Shown here in pieces: positions 24,937-38,324 of a stretch of 64,000 nt of DNA; position 1 is the stretch's first letter, and each line of letters starts with the position of its first letter. The notes beneath the pieces were generated by a model. That model saw only the letters and a program-made list of their open reading frames with translations, was not told where the DNA came from and did not search any database. The position numbers were made by a program, and so were the translations under genes. The DNA is from Mobula hypostoma (lineage: Eukaryota): contig NC_086097.1 of assembly GCF_963921235.1 (NCBI RefSeq), positions 44,146,001 through 44,210,000 on the forward strand, read 5' to 3'.

Positions 24937-26158
24937 CAGCAGTCCCCAACCACTGGGCCATGGACTGGTGCCGGGCCGCAAAGAATGTGCTACCGGGCCG
25001 CGAGGAAACGCTATGATTTGGCGACATGAGTCAGCTGCACCTTTCCTCATTCCCTGTCACGCACTGTTGAGCTTGAATGCACATGGGGTCATTACGCACG
25101 CGTCATCCATGTCAGCGCGGGAAGGAGATCAACTCCTCGAGCTTGCAAATGACGGTGGGCTGAAAAGTATGTTTGACATAACATCTCTGCCTGCTGGCAT
25201 TCTGGATCAAAGTCGAGGCTAAATATCCTGAGATAGCCACGAAAGCACTGAAAACGTTGCTTCCATTTCCAACATATCTCTGCAATGAATGCAACGAAAA
25301 CTAAATTGCGGAATAGACTGGACTTAAGGAATCCCCTTCGAGTATCGCTGTCTCCCATCACCCCTCGATGGCACCATCTTGCTGCAGGGAAACAAGCCCA
25401 GGGCTCCCACTGATTCAGCGATATTGGTGCGTTGCAATGATTTTATATTTTCATACGAGGAAAATATGTGCTGTGTGTTTAATATCCAAACATTACTTAA
25501 AATATTATGATGCTATTGACATGTAACTTATATAACCATATAACAATTACAGCATGGAAACAGGCTATCTCTGCCCTTCTAGTCAGTGCTGAATGCTTAC
25601 TCTCACCTAGTCCCATCGACCTGCACTCAGCCCACAACCCTCCATTCCTTTCCTGTCCATATATCTATCCAATTTTTCTTTAAATGATAATATCGAACCT
25701 GCCTCTACCACTTCTACTGGAAGTTTGTTCAACACTTACTTCAAGCTCCCCTGTCCTCCCCAATAATTGACTTATCACTATATTCATGCATGGAAAATAT
25801 GCGCTGTGTGTTTAATATTAAATTTGTTAGATAAACCCTTTTAGAAACGAAATTGAATGTATTAGCCACTTATCACCTATATTCCGGTCATGATTAACAC
25901 CCCCCCCCACCCCGAACAGAATCGCCAAAAACAATTTGTAGAAAAAAATCAGCACGTACACGCATGCGCATACAAGTGCCCGCGCAAGGCTTCATGGTCA
26001 TTGTAGTCTTTCTCGGGGTAAACACAACGTATTTGACTACTACTCTTGTTCGTTGGCAACCCTACTCCCCCTCCCCCCCACCCCCCGGGTCAGCCGGTCC
26101 TCAAGAATATTGCCAATAATAAACCGGTCCGCGGTACAAAAAAGATTGGGGACCCCTG
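24937..26158 (+). mobile_element. hAT-Charlie non-autonomous DNA transposon with 8-bp TSD
   Basis: TSD gtctaagg at 24929-24936 and 26159-26166. TIRs cagcagtccccaacc / gattggggacccctg. Transposase C-terminus FWIKVEAKYPEIATKALKTLLPFP...KQAQGSH*. Confidence 0.92.
25522..25732 (-). mobile_element. CR1 3' tail carried within the hAT element
   Basis: Reverse complement matches the CR1 3' end at about 11370-11570. Confidence 0.75.
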
Positions 26159-27229
26159 GTCTAAGGTGTGAGAGTCTGTTGCAAACATGGTGAGATAGAT
26201 GTCTTGCTATGACAGCCCTGAAAAGACAATTGAATATACAGTATTCTGGTACTGGCAGTCATGCTCTTAATTCCTTACTTCATGCATTGACCTTTTATAT
26301 GACTTCCTTTAATATGCATTAGTGATACAACTTCTTATTCCCTGTCTGCACTACAACCTTTGACACATCATTAGAGATCATAACTGTTTTATCTAGAATA
26401 TCCTAGGCCTTTGAGAATATCTTCTACTCTCTGCTCCAGTATATCTCCCTTTTAAATGGTTTCAAGGCTGTTTAATTTCCGTTTCCCTTCCACCTAGATC
26501 TAAAAATCTGACAGAGTTCTAAATCTTTCTAGATCTAGAAACCTGTCTCTACCACTCCATATAAAAATGTGCAGGAATGACAAAAATGATGATTCAGTTC
26601 CTGCACACTTGAATCATTTTGTAAAGACCTAGCCCAAATTTAATGTACTGCCATGAGCAGCCTTGTGAAACAGTCAGCCCACTCCATGCAAGCATTTGAT
26701 TTCCATCCAAATCAAATGTTTAGGCATCCTGTCCTAAGGATGAAACATAAAGTGGAACTTTCATCTTCCCGTCAGCTAGTTGCAAGCGGTCCCATGGCAC
26801 TACATATAGGAAAAAGCAGGAACATACTCCTGAAGTCCAAACCAATATTTATCATCCAGCCAATGTCATGAATTCTCTTGAAATTATTTAGGTATCTTGA
26901 TAACTGCTGTTTGGAGGAGGACAGGATCTGGATTCATGGGCAATTGACCAAAGGGAATGCCAGATAAAATAGAACTCAGGTAAGCACAAAGTAATGGATG
27001 GTGGGGTATTACACCCGCTCAGCGCATACTCAGTAAATGACAAGGTCTGAGGGAATGTTATCCACAGCAAGATCTAGCACTATAAGTACATAGTTCCCAG
27101 AAAGTGAGTAGACCGAATGCTGATATGAACATACAACATAGAACATAGAAATTCACAGCACCTTACAGGCCCTTCGGCCCACAATCAATGCCCCTCACCA
27201 TCTTATGCTTCATATACCTGGTATGATTT

Positions 27230-27880
27230 CCAGGAGGAGAAGATGGCGGCGCGACGCAGCTTGCACGGCCATGCTGGTGAATGATATCTGTAATCTGTCA
27301 AGCAGGGTGCCATGCACAATTCTGATTTGATGGAGACAGACGTGAGAGAATGGAGGAACATCTGGAGAAACTTCTGAGATGCCTTTTTCACTGCCACTGT
27401 TACTGTGTGATCCTGAATCTCCGGAGGGGAAGGCCCCGAATCCTCGGCTTTGCTTGTTGCTCGGCGGCTGGGGCGGGGTCGAAGCGCTCGGCAGAGGTGG
27501 TGCTCGGTGCTCGGTGTCGAAGGGCTGGTTGGAGGCTTGAAGTTTTCAGACGGACTCAGAGTTGGCTGAGGTTGGGTGCTTCCAATGCATCGATTGTTGT
27601 CAGTGCCTGGAGGTTTATGGCAGAGAGAGTTTCTCCCTTCTGCCGCCTGCTATCGGGGACTATCGGAACTCTGAGACTTTTTGTTATCGTTCCCATGGTC
27701 TGTTCTTTATCAAATTATGGTATTGCTTTGCACTGCTGTAACTATATGTTATAATTATGTGGTCTTGTCAGTGTTGGTCTTTGGTTTGTCCTTTTTTTTG
27801 TGATATCACTCTGGAGGAACATTGTATCATTTCTTAATGCATGCATGCATTTCTAAATGACAATAAACGAGAACTGAGTG
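27230..27880 (+). mobile_element. Non-autonomous retroposon (Rex1/Babar-like tail) inserted into a decayed CR1 (about 26890-28190)
   Basis: GC-rich head gaagatggcggcgcgacgcag; tail shared with 4976-5572. Confidence 0.6.
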
Positions 27881-28523
27881 CTTGATATGCTTGCTTTCAT
27901 CAGTCAAGACATTTTATACATTAGGATGTCTAAAACTCGAGGGCGTATGACCTAATGTGAGAATAAAAACATTTAAAAGGAACCTAGGAGACAGAATTTT
28001 CACACAGAGGGAACAAGCTGTGAGAGGAGGAGGTCGGGACAGGTATAATTCATCAGTTAAAAGAATTTGGATAGGTGCATTGATAAAAAAGGTTTAGAAG
28101 GATATGGGGCAAACACAGGAAAATGGGATTAGTGTAGATGGGCATGGATGTGTTAGGCCAAAGGGCTTATTTCCAAGCTGTTTAACTGTGAATCTACGAG
28201 GATCCTTTTACTAAAGAAACTAGATGCTACAGTTTCTGACATGACAGCAGTAATTTCTTGACTAAGATTTGCCAAAGTGATCGATAATACAATTCAACTG
28301 CAAATTGTTTCTTTCTAATTCCACTTGTCACATTTTGCAGCTAATTGTGTGAATTAACGTTTTTATGGTATGAACCTTTGAAACAAGCTTCTACATACAA
28401 CTCAAAATGAAGACTTGCTGATCAGCATACTAAATGAACAATTATCTTAACAGACTTGAATTTGTTTTTTTTAATTCAAAGCCACTGCATCTGAGTACAT
28501 TGTGTGACAGTCAAAGAAAAATG

Positions 28524-28529
28524 TTTATT
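28524..28529 (-). terminator. Candidate polyadenylation signal for dlk1
   Basis: AATAAA on the minus strand about 500 nt past the stop, after an AT-rich non-repetitive 3' UTR and followed by a T-rich stretch. Confidence 0.5.
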
Positions 28530-29025
28530 TGGTCAAAGTTTTAAATTTATGCAAAATGAACATTGTCACAACACTGTCATAATGCCAGACTGTGACAAGT
28601 TCTTTAAGTACATGAACATCTTAAACATGAGTTTTTTTAATATATATGGCTAAATATATTTCATCATATGACACACATTTTGACTAAAATGACTAATTTC
28701 AGACTAAAACAGGACACAGTTATGTTGGAACCACGAGAATGTAAACAGTTAAAAGGGTATTTGATTCTGTCTTATCTGCTTTCTGCTGATTACCAAATGA
28801 TGGGAGGTCAAAAATGACCAGAAGTCATGTAATTATTATTTTTGTTGAAAATCCTGGACAAGCACTTTACATGAATGTATACATGTGTTATAGCAAAGAT
28901 CAAAACAATTTAAATAATGCGGTACATTATTAACAAAACACTTCATTACGCTGTAACAATTGAAAACATTATTAAATAATGCAGTATGTAGATGTATTTA
29001 ATTTACAAAAAAAAACAATAAAACT

Positions 29026-29794
29026 TTAGATAGGTGTATAATCCTTTCCATAGTTTGTAAACTTATTCATGCTTGGAGATATAATTTTAACTGAAAGGTC
29101 TTCATTTTTGTCTTGGAGTAAATACCTTCTTTGCTTCCAGAGGAGATGTCGATACTTAGCATTTGCCAGCCACATTTCACACCTGGAGAAGAAGATGATT
29201 CCTGTAGTTCCCAGGATCACAAGACACGTCAATAACCCAAGTACTGTAAAACAGATCAGTTGACTGCTGTTGAACAGAGAGCCAGATGTGTGGGCGGTTT
29301 CTTTCCTTGTGATCTTGATCAAATCACTTTCTTGTTGTGGTGTTGATTTACGAGAGCTGTGTAGCACAGAATGAAAATACTTGCTATGACTGATCCATTT
29401 TGCTCTTGGATGCTTGGATATGTTCTGCTTCGAGTCATGCTTAAAGTTCTTAAATACTTTTTCTTGGCAGATTTCTCCTAAATAATCAGGCAAACATGTG
29501 CAATCAAAGCCGCCCTCGGGACGATCGTGGCATGTGCCTCCATTTTGACATGGATGGTTAAGGCAAGATGTGACTCTATATTCACAGGATTTGCCAGTGA
29601 ATTCTTTAAGGCAAAGACAACTGAAGCTGGAAACCAGATCTGTGCAGGTTCCATGGTTGGCACAAGGGTTTGGATTACAATTATTGATGCTTATTTCACA
29701 GAAGTCCCCAGTAAAACCAGGCAAACATAAGCAGTAGTTCTTAACTGCAGTCCTACTATCTTCAAAGCAACTTCCTCCATTCTGGCAAAAAGGT
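29026..29794 (-). CDS. dlk1: DLK1 coding exon 5 (EGF4-6, juxtamembrane, transmembrane, cytoplasmic tail, stop)
   Basis: ttcag|A CCT TTT TGC CAG, within ORF 29026..29844. PFCQNGG...QLICFTVLGLLTCLVILGTTGIIFFSRCEMWLANAKYRHLL...EDLSVKIISP resembles the DLK1 TM and tail (QAICFTILGVLTSLVVLGTVGIVFLNKCETW...EDLAVNIIFP) rather than DLK2. Confidence 0.96.
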
Positions 29795-30289
29795 CTGAAG
29801 GCAAAAAATAAGTAAGATATTGAATAGCATTGAAACATGGACACTAATTCATATAAAATCCATAGTTAACACCTAAACAATAGTATATGCTATTGTTTTA
29901 ATGGTGTTATTGCCTTAAAAAATGTCAATTTAGTTTTCCTGTGCCTGGGTCATTTGATCACCTAGATATATTAAAACTGGTAAAGCATGAGGATGTGTGA
30001 ATGCATCTATAAAGGCAACATTGTTTTTGCCTGTAAATTTTGCATTTAACTATATCCATATTTCTGAAATAAAGGACCTCACCGAATGGGGCAGAAACAG
30101 GTAAAGGGATATCTAATCTAATGTTAAAAGATTATCTGCTAGCCTTGCTCCTTTCTGTATTATTACCACAGAAACTGTAAAACCTCTCGGCCTGGTACAT
30201 CAATCTAATACCATGTTTCTGATTAATTGTAAAAAAAATCTTATATTAATGGTCTGGTACACCACTATTTCCAGTGACTTTAATATTTT

Positions 30290-31360
30290 AGATATCACAC
30301 GTTAACAAACTCATCATCGAGCTTCAAAACCAGGGCCTCCATACCTCTCTCTGCAGTTGGATACTCAGCTTCCCTTAGGTAGACCTCAATCAGTGAGGAC
30401 TGGTAATAACATCTTCTCCTTGCTGATCATCAACACAGCTGCATGCTTAGCCCTTACTCTGAACTCTCTATACATACACATGACTGTGTGACTAAGCACA
30501 GGTCCAATGTCATCCTCAAAACTCACTGATGATGCTATTGTTGTTAGATGAACCGTAGGTAGTGATGAATCACCGTACCAGACCAACAACAACCTCTTGC
30601 TCAACTTGAGCAAAACTAAAGCGCTGATTCTTGACTTTAAGAAAGGGAAGGAAGACCAACATGTGCCCTTCTATGTAGGAGGAATTGACAGTGGAAGGAG
30701 TCGCCAGCTTTAAACTCCTGGGTGTTAACTTGTCCTGGGCTCAGCATATAGATGTAATCATAGGGAAAGAGTGATGAAACTATCTTTACTTTCTTTTAAG
30801 GTTAAGGGGGTTTTGTTTGTCACCGAACACACAAACAAGCTTCTGCTGGTGCATTTTGAAAGTATTCTGACTGGATGCATCATAGTCTGGTATGGCATTT
30901 TGAATGCACAGGAACAGCAGAGAGTAGTGGATCCTGCCCAACACATCAAGGGCCCATCCCTCCCCAGCCTTGGTACTAACTACAGGAGCCACTACCTCAA
31001 GAAGGTCCGTACATCTGGCCCATGCAGTGTTTTGCAACTACAATTGGGCAGGAGGTGCAGAAGCCTGAAGTCCCAAACCACCACATTCAAGAACAGCCAC
31101 TTCCCTTCAACCATTTGTTTCTTGAACCAGCTGGCACAACCCTAATCACTGTAGTTCAGCAACGTTATAACCACTTTGTTCTACATTGGACTTTGTTTGT
31201 TCTAAATGTGTTCTTTCTTGTAAAACAACGTGCATAATATGTTTTTCTTATGAATACTGCTCACATAATGCTATGCGTCTTTGATGCTACTGTAAGTTTT
31301 TCATCATACCTGTGCATGCATGTACTTGTGCATATGACAATAAACTTGACTTTGACTTTA
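30290..31360 (+). mobile_element. Degenerate Rex1/Babar LINE 3' part
   Basis: LLNLSKTKALILDFKK and ESILTGCIIVWYG motifs; tail gacaataaacttgactttgac. Confidence 0.8.
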
Positions 31361-31669
31361 ATGTATTTTTGATCTTGTTATCAGTAACTCCAAGGGCAAT
31401 CTGAACATTATGTAATGAAGTTCTAGAATGTGAACGAAAGAACTCAGATCCTGAATCCATTACAAAATAGCATAAAATGGGCAGGCAAATCTGACTATAA
31501 ATTGCACTGACTGACATACTGGTGAGGGCATTGATCTTTGCACCAGTTACCCCTGTGAATGCATGCAGAGTAGACAGTTTGTGATTTTGCATTGATTTAA
31601 CAATAATGATATCATGATTAAACTCAACATCTGGTCAGTGCCTTCTATTAAAGTCACTTCCGTCAATCA

Positions 31670-31829
31670 CAAACACAAGAAAATCTGCAGATGCTGGATA
31701 TCCAAAAGCAACACACACAAAATGCTGGAGGAACTCAGCAGGCCAGGCAACATCAGGGTGAAGGGTCTCGGCCCAAAACATCAACTGTTTGCTGCCTGGC
31801 CTGCTGAGTTCCTCCAGCATTTTGTGTGA
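31670..31829. mobile_element. Palindromic Penelope-type terminal fragment, older copy
   Basis: Inverted arms cacacaaaatgctggaggaactcagcaggccaggca around a degenerate hammerhead core (tgaagggtctcggcccaaaac). Confidence 0.75.
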
Positions 31830-31998
31830 GAGACTTTGGTCAATACCCATTCAACAGCAGGGACGATATAGCCCACTCCCAGTCAATACTACATCCACTG
31901 CTGACTGATTAGTTGCTGATTGTTATCATCATACAGTTGCCGCAATTCTACAAGAGTCTGTTACTTCATAGGGTTCTGTATGGGGGTGGGTACAGATA

Positions 31999-34900
31999 TG
32001 TAGGAGCCAGATATCTATTTTCTATTTGCTTTGTATTCAGTTTTGCACGTTTATTATGCTAACTGATCATATTAGTGGGGGTGTGGTAAAAGCAAAGGTA
32101 ATAAGTTACATATTTTGCTTATTTCGCAGCAGTTTGTAGTTTGGGACTGGCAGATGTCACATCTTTGCTGACCGCTTAATATTGCTGAGATAACACTCAA
32201 TGATGCTTAATTGTACGTTTGCTGATTGCTAATAAAGGATTCAGCTCTTTGGAATAATCATTTCATTGAAGCTGGGGTGCATCATACAAGTATAATAACC
32301 CCATGGCAGTCACAGGCCAGTGACAGTCGTTTTATTTGATCTTGGATTAGTTTTGCTGCTATATTTTATAAGTAAAGATTTTGACAGTTATGCCAAATGA
32401 ACATCAGCATCCTAATGTGCATGAGAAATTAGAAGCACCACAGCTTGGAGTAGCTTGCAGTAAATAATGAACCTTTGTTGATTTGTGCTGTGTGGTTTTG
32501 GATTTGAAACACAGTTTTCAATGGTCAAATGGTGCTGTGTCCAGCTGGGTTGGACTGAAAAGCTGTATCGTGGTGTCTGCCTGAAGTGTTCTGCTGAAAA
32601 AACGACATCATCGTTCTGTTGAAAAAAAAAGCTGACAAATTGAAATATTGCTTCCATTGTTGAAAAGCTGAATTGAATTGCCATTGTTTTGTTTTGCTTG
32701 TGCACTTGGAAGACAAAATGAGTTCAGCTGGAAGCATTGACCTTAAAGCCAAGAGAGAAATTAAGCAAATATGCGATGTTGAAGGTCAGTTCCCTGGGGG
32801 AGATAAAGAGCAACTTAGAAGGAAGGTGGAGAGCTTAAGTTGATGGAGGAAATTACAGCCAAGTTGGTCAGAGTTAAAGTGCTACAGGCTTCAAGTGCCA
32901 TGGGTGCTAAATGTTCTCCAACAGAGCCGTCCTCTGGTGAGAGTTCCTATGTTGTCGTGGAACAGAGAAGATTCAACATACTCGATACAGGTGGATACAG
33001 TTGAGAAGCAAATGTTTATGAGCCATGAGTTTGAACCCCAAGGGGTAGTTCATTCTCAGCCTGCATCAAGGAGGTAATCTCAACCCATGCTATATCCAAT
33101 AGCACAAGGTGCTTCTAAGAGCATTGATTTACAATGCTCATGACACTCATGTTTCAGATGATAAAGGTCTAAATGTTGTGCTGGAGGCCATAAGAAAATG
33201 ATAGGAAATAGCACGCATATTGATACAACAACAATGCATTGCATCTCTGCCTAAAAGAGAGATTCCAATCTTCAATGGTGATCCATTGCAGTATCATTAA
33301 TTTATGAGGGCTTTCAAGAATAGCATTGAAGGCAAAATTCAAGAGTATGGTGACCATCTCGATTTTCTTGAATAGTACATTGGAGAGAGTTTGTCAAAAG
33401 TTTCCAGCAGGCCAATCCAAAGGAAAGATATCTAAAAGCCCAAGCTTTACTACAGGAACATTTTAGTGATGAGCAGATAATTAGTGTGGCCTACATGGAA
33501 TGGGCTCTTCCTTGGTCCTATATGAAATCAGAAGACATGAAAGCTCTTCAAGACTAGTCTTTTTCTTAGAAGTTGCTGCAATGCTATGGAAGGTGTGCAA
33601 GGCATGCCTGAGTTAAACATGCCTGCTAATATGAAGATTGTTGTAACTAAATGGAGATCAGCAGTGTATGAACTACAAGAAAGGCACAATGGTAAGGTTA
33701 ATTTCACTGACGTTGTTGACTTTATGAAAGGCAAATAAAGATTGTTACACACCCAGTGTTTGGGAAAGTATACAAGGCTACATCGCCAGCAATAAAGTAA
33801 AGGTGTGAACAAAACTGGATCATGAAGTCATTCTCAAGTTAAAAGAAGCAGCTTTGTTGTTATTGTGGCTACTGTGGAAAGTGAAAATGAGTCTGGAACT
33901 AATGATAAGGTTTGCCTATTCTGCCAGGGTGAACATATTTTGGATTTATGCTCTAAGTTGATGACAAAGGTTCATAAGGAGAAGTAAGCTTTCCTAAAAG
34001 ACAATGGGGTCTGCTTTGGTTGTTTGTATAGGGAACACATCAGCAAGAATTAAAGGAGTGTCTTTCATGTAAAGTATGTGTTGGCAAACATCCCTGCATA
34101 CTTCATATGAAAAGGGTGCAAGACGTGGAAGAAGCAAGCACAACAGCAAGTACTGCCCTGGTATCTACTGGTCTTACAGGGACTGGTGATCAAACTTCCT
34201 ATTATTCCAGTTCAGGTGAATTCTAAGAAGAGTAACAAGATAGTGGTTAGCTATGCTTTCCTAGATCAAGGAAGTACAGCAGTATTCTGCACCGTGAGCC
34301 TCATACACAAGCTCAACTTGACATGAAGAGAAACATACATTCTCTTACGCATTATGGGTCAAGGGAAGGTTGTGAGTAGCTACTTTGTTTCAGGATTGGA
34401 AGTGGCTGGCTTAGATAGCGAAACCTATTGTGAACTGCCTAACATCTATACAAAGGAACATCTTCGTCAATGAGATCTTCAGGACTGGTCTCACCTGAAG
34501 TATGTTTATTTGCTGAACATTGATTCAGAAAATGACCTGTTGATAGGGGTGAATATGCCTAAGGCATTGGAGCCATTGCAAGTAATTTGCAGTGTTAGTG
34601 ATGGACCCAGAACAGTGCTAGTTTGGACTGTTAATGGACCATTGAAAGGAGACCGTGGTGGTGGAAGAGACTGTGCTTGGCCAGAGCTAACAGTTAAAGG
34701 AACTTCAGTTTTGCACTTGGATGAGCTTTGGCAGCAGCAATTCAAGACAGATTTTTCTGAATGTATTCAAGACCTGCTTGGCAGGAGGAGGTCACAATCC
34801 AGGATAGACTACTTACCAAAGAGGACATTAAGATTTTATGTCTCCTGTGTCTTAGTAGCATGTAGTTGTAATTGTTCTAGTATAATAATTAGGGGGCTGG

Positions 34901-35273
34901 AATGTAGCAGCCATGTATTTGCTTTGTGTTCTGTGTTGTGCATTTATTATGTTGATTATGGTGACTAGTCACATGAATGGGGGCGTGGTAAAAGCGAAGG
35001 GAATAAATTCTTGCTTATTTCATGGCAGTTTGTACCTTGGGACTGGCGGAGGTCATATCTTTGCTGGCCACTTGATATCACTGAGGTAGTGCTCAAAAAT
35101 ACTTAATTGTATATTTGCTTATTGTTAATAAAGGATTGAAATAAAAGAGATTCAATTCTTTGGAACAAACATTTCATTGGAGCCAAGGGTGCGTCATGCA
35201 AAGATAACAACCCTGTGGCGGTCGCAGGCTAGCAGCAATTGTTTTGTTTGATTTTGGATTAGTGGTTCTTCCA
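31999..35273 (+). mobile_element. Decayed BEL/Pao LTR retrotransposon in dlk1 intron 4
   Basis: Diverged direct LTRs at about 31999-32363 and 34903-35273; PPT agggggctggaa before the 3' LTR. Three Cys/His knuckles (CLFCQGEH..., CFGCL..., CKVCVGKHPCILH) and protease AFLDQGS. Most of pol is deleted. Confidence 0.85.
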
Positions 35274-36389
35274 GGGAATGGATTTTGCCCAACCTTGGCA
35301 GCTTCTGCACAAAGCAGCTGCAAAGAAAGGAAAAGGAATAAGAGGGGAGATAACTTTTTATGGGAGACCATATTCGCAGGTAGCATTTCTCCATACTGAA
35401 CCTCAAAAAGTCTTCACTTAAATCTGCCACGTGCTGCAGCCACAATTGCAGCTTCAGACCAGACCTAGGAGTATATAACCATGGCTATGGTATTTGGAAT
35501 CCTTCAAGACTAGAACTTGTTGTCTGAGGTACCAGCCTCATATCTATTCAAAGAGAGACCACAGTCCATTCTCTTTCATTGAGATGCTGCCAATAGAACA
35601 ACTAGGCACTGTGATGATGATTCCGGTTCCCCACATGGTACTGAGTGTCACTGAGTGCATGTATATCATTTCCACATCCTGCATGTCAACATTGCGATGT
35701 CTAGAAAGCAAAAGGAGGTTTGTGCACCGTGTGCCCACTGCCAGGGGTCCAGGTAACAGTACTGAAGTCTTTACTGCCAACACTGTGCCATCTACATCTG
35801 ACTAGCATGGCAAACCAAAGGGATCAAAAAAGGTGGCAAGGCTCCTGATCCAGGAGCACAAGACCACACACACACAAAATGCTGAGAAATAGAGTGTAAA
35901 AGACTGCACTGATGTCACATTCAAAGAATGATTTCCATAGTGATTGAACAGCCTCAGACAAGTCCCGCAGTATTCTGTGCCCAGATTTAGGGTGGCTTGT
36001 CAAATGCTGCTTAAACTTTAATGTCTGGATCATTTAGCTTGCCAACAAACATACAGCAAACATCTGTGAAGAAAGAAGAGAAAGATAAGCCATGGTCTAG
36101 ACTGCCATTTCCCAGACAAGCACTTTATAATCAGCTCTTAACAATGAAGTGGCAATCCCAATTCACTAGTCGTTAACCTTATCCTTCATTGTTTAAGACC
36201 ACCCTAGCTTCCAAGATATTATAATATGATGATAACTCAGCAGAAATGAAACATTTCCAACAAATTTATAAAATGAAAATCAATAAAGTGAGCACCTAGA
36301 AACTACCTGCAGAGCTGACATTACAGTATTTATGCTTTACTAGAATCTAGCTGTGTGGTACATGTGACTGCACACTTATTTTTAACTTA

Positions 36390-37200
36390 AGGCTACAGAA
36401 GGACTTCGATAGATTAGGGGAATAGGTAAAGAAGTGGCAGGTGGAATACAGCATCAGGAAGTGTATGGTCATGCAGTTTGGCAGAAAAAATAAAAGCATA
36501 GACTATTTTCTAGATGCAGAGAAAATTCAAAAATTTGAGGTGCAAAGGGACTTGGGATTCTTCGTGCAGGATTCTCTAAAGGTTCATTTGCAGGTCGAGT
36601 CAGTAGTGAGGAAGGCAAATGCGTTATGAGCATTGATTTCAAGAGGAAGATAAAAGCAAGGATGTAATGATGAGGCTTTATAAGCACTGTTGAGGCCTCA
36701 CTTGGAGTATTGTGAGCAGATTTGGGCACCTTATCTGAGAAAGTATGTGTTGAAACTGGAAAGGGTTCAAAGGAGGCTCACAAAAATGATTGTGCGATTG
36801 AATGGCTTGCCATATGAAGAGCATTTGATGGCTCTGGGCTTGTACTCACTGGAATTCAGAAGAATGAGGTGGGATCTCATTGAAACCTATTCAATGTTGA
36901 AAGGCCATAGAACAGAGGGATGGCCTTTTAGAACAGAGACGAAAAGGAACTTCTTTGCCCAAAGACTGGTGAATCTGTGGAATTTTTTGCCACAGGTGGC
37001 TGTGGATGCCAAGTCATTGGGTATATTTAAGGCAGAGTTTGACAAATTCTTGATTAGTCAGGGCATGAAGGGATACAGGGAGAAGGCAGGAGACTGGGGC
37101 TGAGAGGGAAAATGGATCAGCCATGATGAAATGGTGGAGCAGACTCGATCGGCCAAATGGCCAAAGGAGCAGATATTCTGCTCCTATATCTCATGGCCTT
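36390..37200 (+). mobile_element. CR1 LINE 3' fragment
   Basis: RPHLEYCEQIWAP and RRMRWDLIETY. Confidence 0.9.
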
Positions 37201-38324
37201 ATGCAAGTCTGTCTCCTGCTATGTTGCTGAAGGTGGCTATCCTAGAGGCAGAGATCAACTCACTTTCAAGGACTCTTCATCTTATATTCTTGAAAGTTAC
37301 TGCTTATTTATTTTTAATTATTATTTTGTGGTTTTTCTCTTTGCACTTGCACGTTGTTGACTTTTGCACATTGGTTCAAAGGTTCAAAGTACATTTATTA
37401 TCAATGAATTCATGCATACACACAACCCTGAGATTCTTCTCACAGGCAGCTACAAAACAAAGAAACACCATGGAACCTGTTCAAACAAAACATCAAACAC
37501 CCAACATGCAAAAAAAGGAGTAAATACTGCAAACAACAAAAGAAGTGCAAATAACACACAAAATATGAAGCAGTCTAGGGGTGTTCAGTTTAGCTCAGTT
37601 CAATTTAGCTCTCTGTCACTCATAGACTGCAGGCTATAGAACCAGGTCTGTGAAGTGCCCTGATCAAAATTGCATAAAATAGCAATTTTTAAAAAAGTAA
37701 CCAGAAATGAGAAACTCATGTAACATGAACCACAGAGTCCTCTAAAAACGAGTCCAATCCACAAACTGCACCAATCAAACCTTGCCCATGATCCAAGACT
37801 CCTGCAGCAGTGAGCAAGAGGAAAGGAGTCCGATCAAACGCAGGCAAATGACGCTGGACATCCACTTGCCTTCTGCTCACGTCCTTGTCGATTTCAATCT
37901 TGCTCGGTGTTTTAATTGGTGAATAATGGAGATGATCACGCTTTCGTGTTCTGCTATTAGGCCGCACACTCTGTTCTCAACCTTGCTCTCAACACCTTGC
38001 CGAATTCTCTCGGAGACAGCAAACACGCTACATTGCTTAGTCGGCCCAGAAGTACATTATCAAAATGTAAACTACAGGTTCCAATCACATGCAGATTAAT
38101 AGAAGTATATTTAAAATAAGGAGGAAAAGAAGTATTTCATGAACTGTCTGCATGACGTCATTGTTGGTCGGTGGCGTCGTGGTTGTTTGTGGATTTTCAT
38201 CGATTATATTACGATTCTTTGTATTTACTGTGAATGCCCACGAGAAAATAAATCCCAGGGTATTAGATGGTGACATATGCTGTATGTACTTTGATAATAA
38301 ATTTACTTTGAACTTTCAAATTTG

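Noticed and set aside
29795..29844. N-terminal MSMFQCYSISYLFFAF of the 272-aa ORF as a single-exon gene start
   Set aside because: This is the intron's polypyrimidine tract and acceptor. The true frame enters from exon 4 at 29794.
36010..36090. Acceptor-like site (ttcttcacag|AT) as candidate dlk1 exon 4
   Set aside because: The frame has no EGF pattern and hits a stop. The real exon 4 is at 41491-41635.
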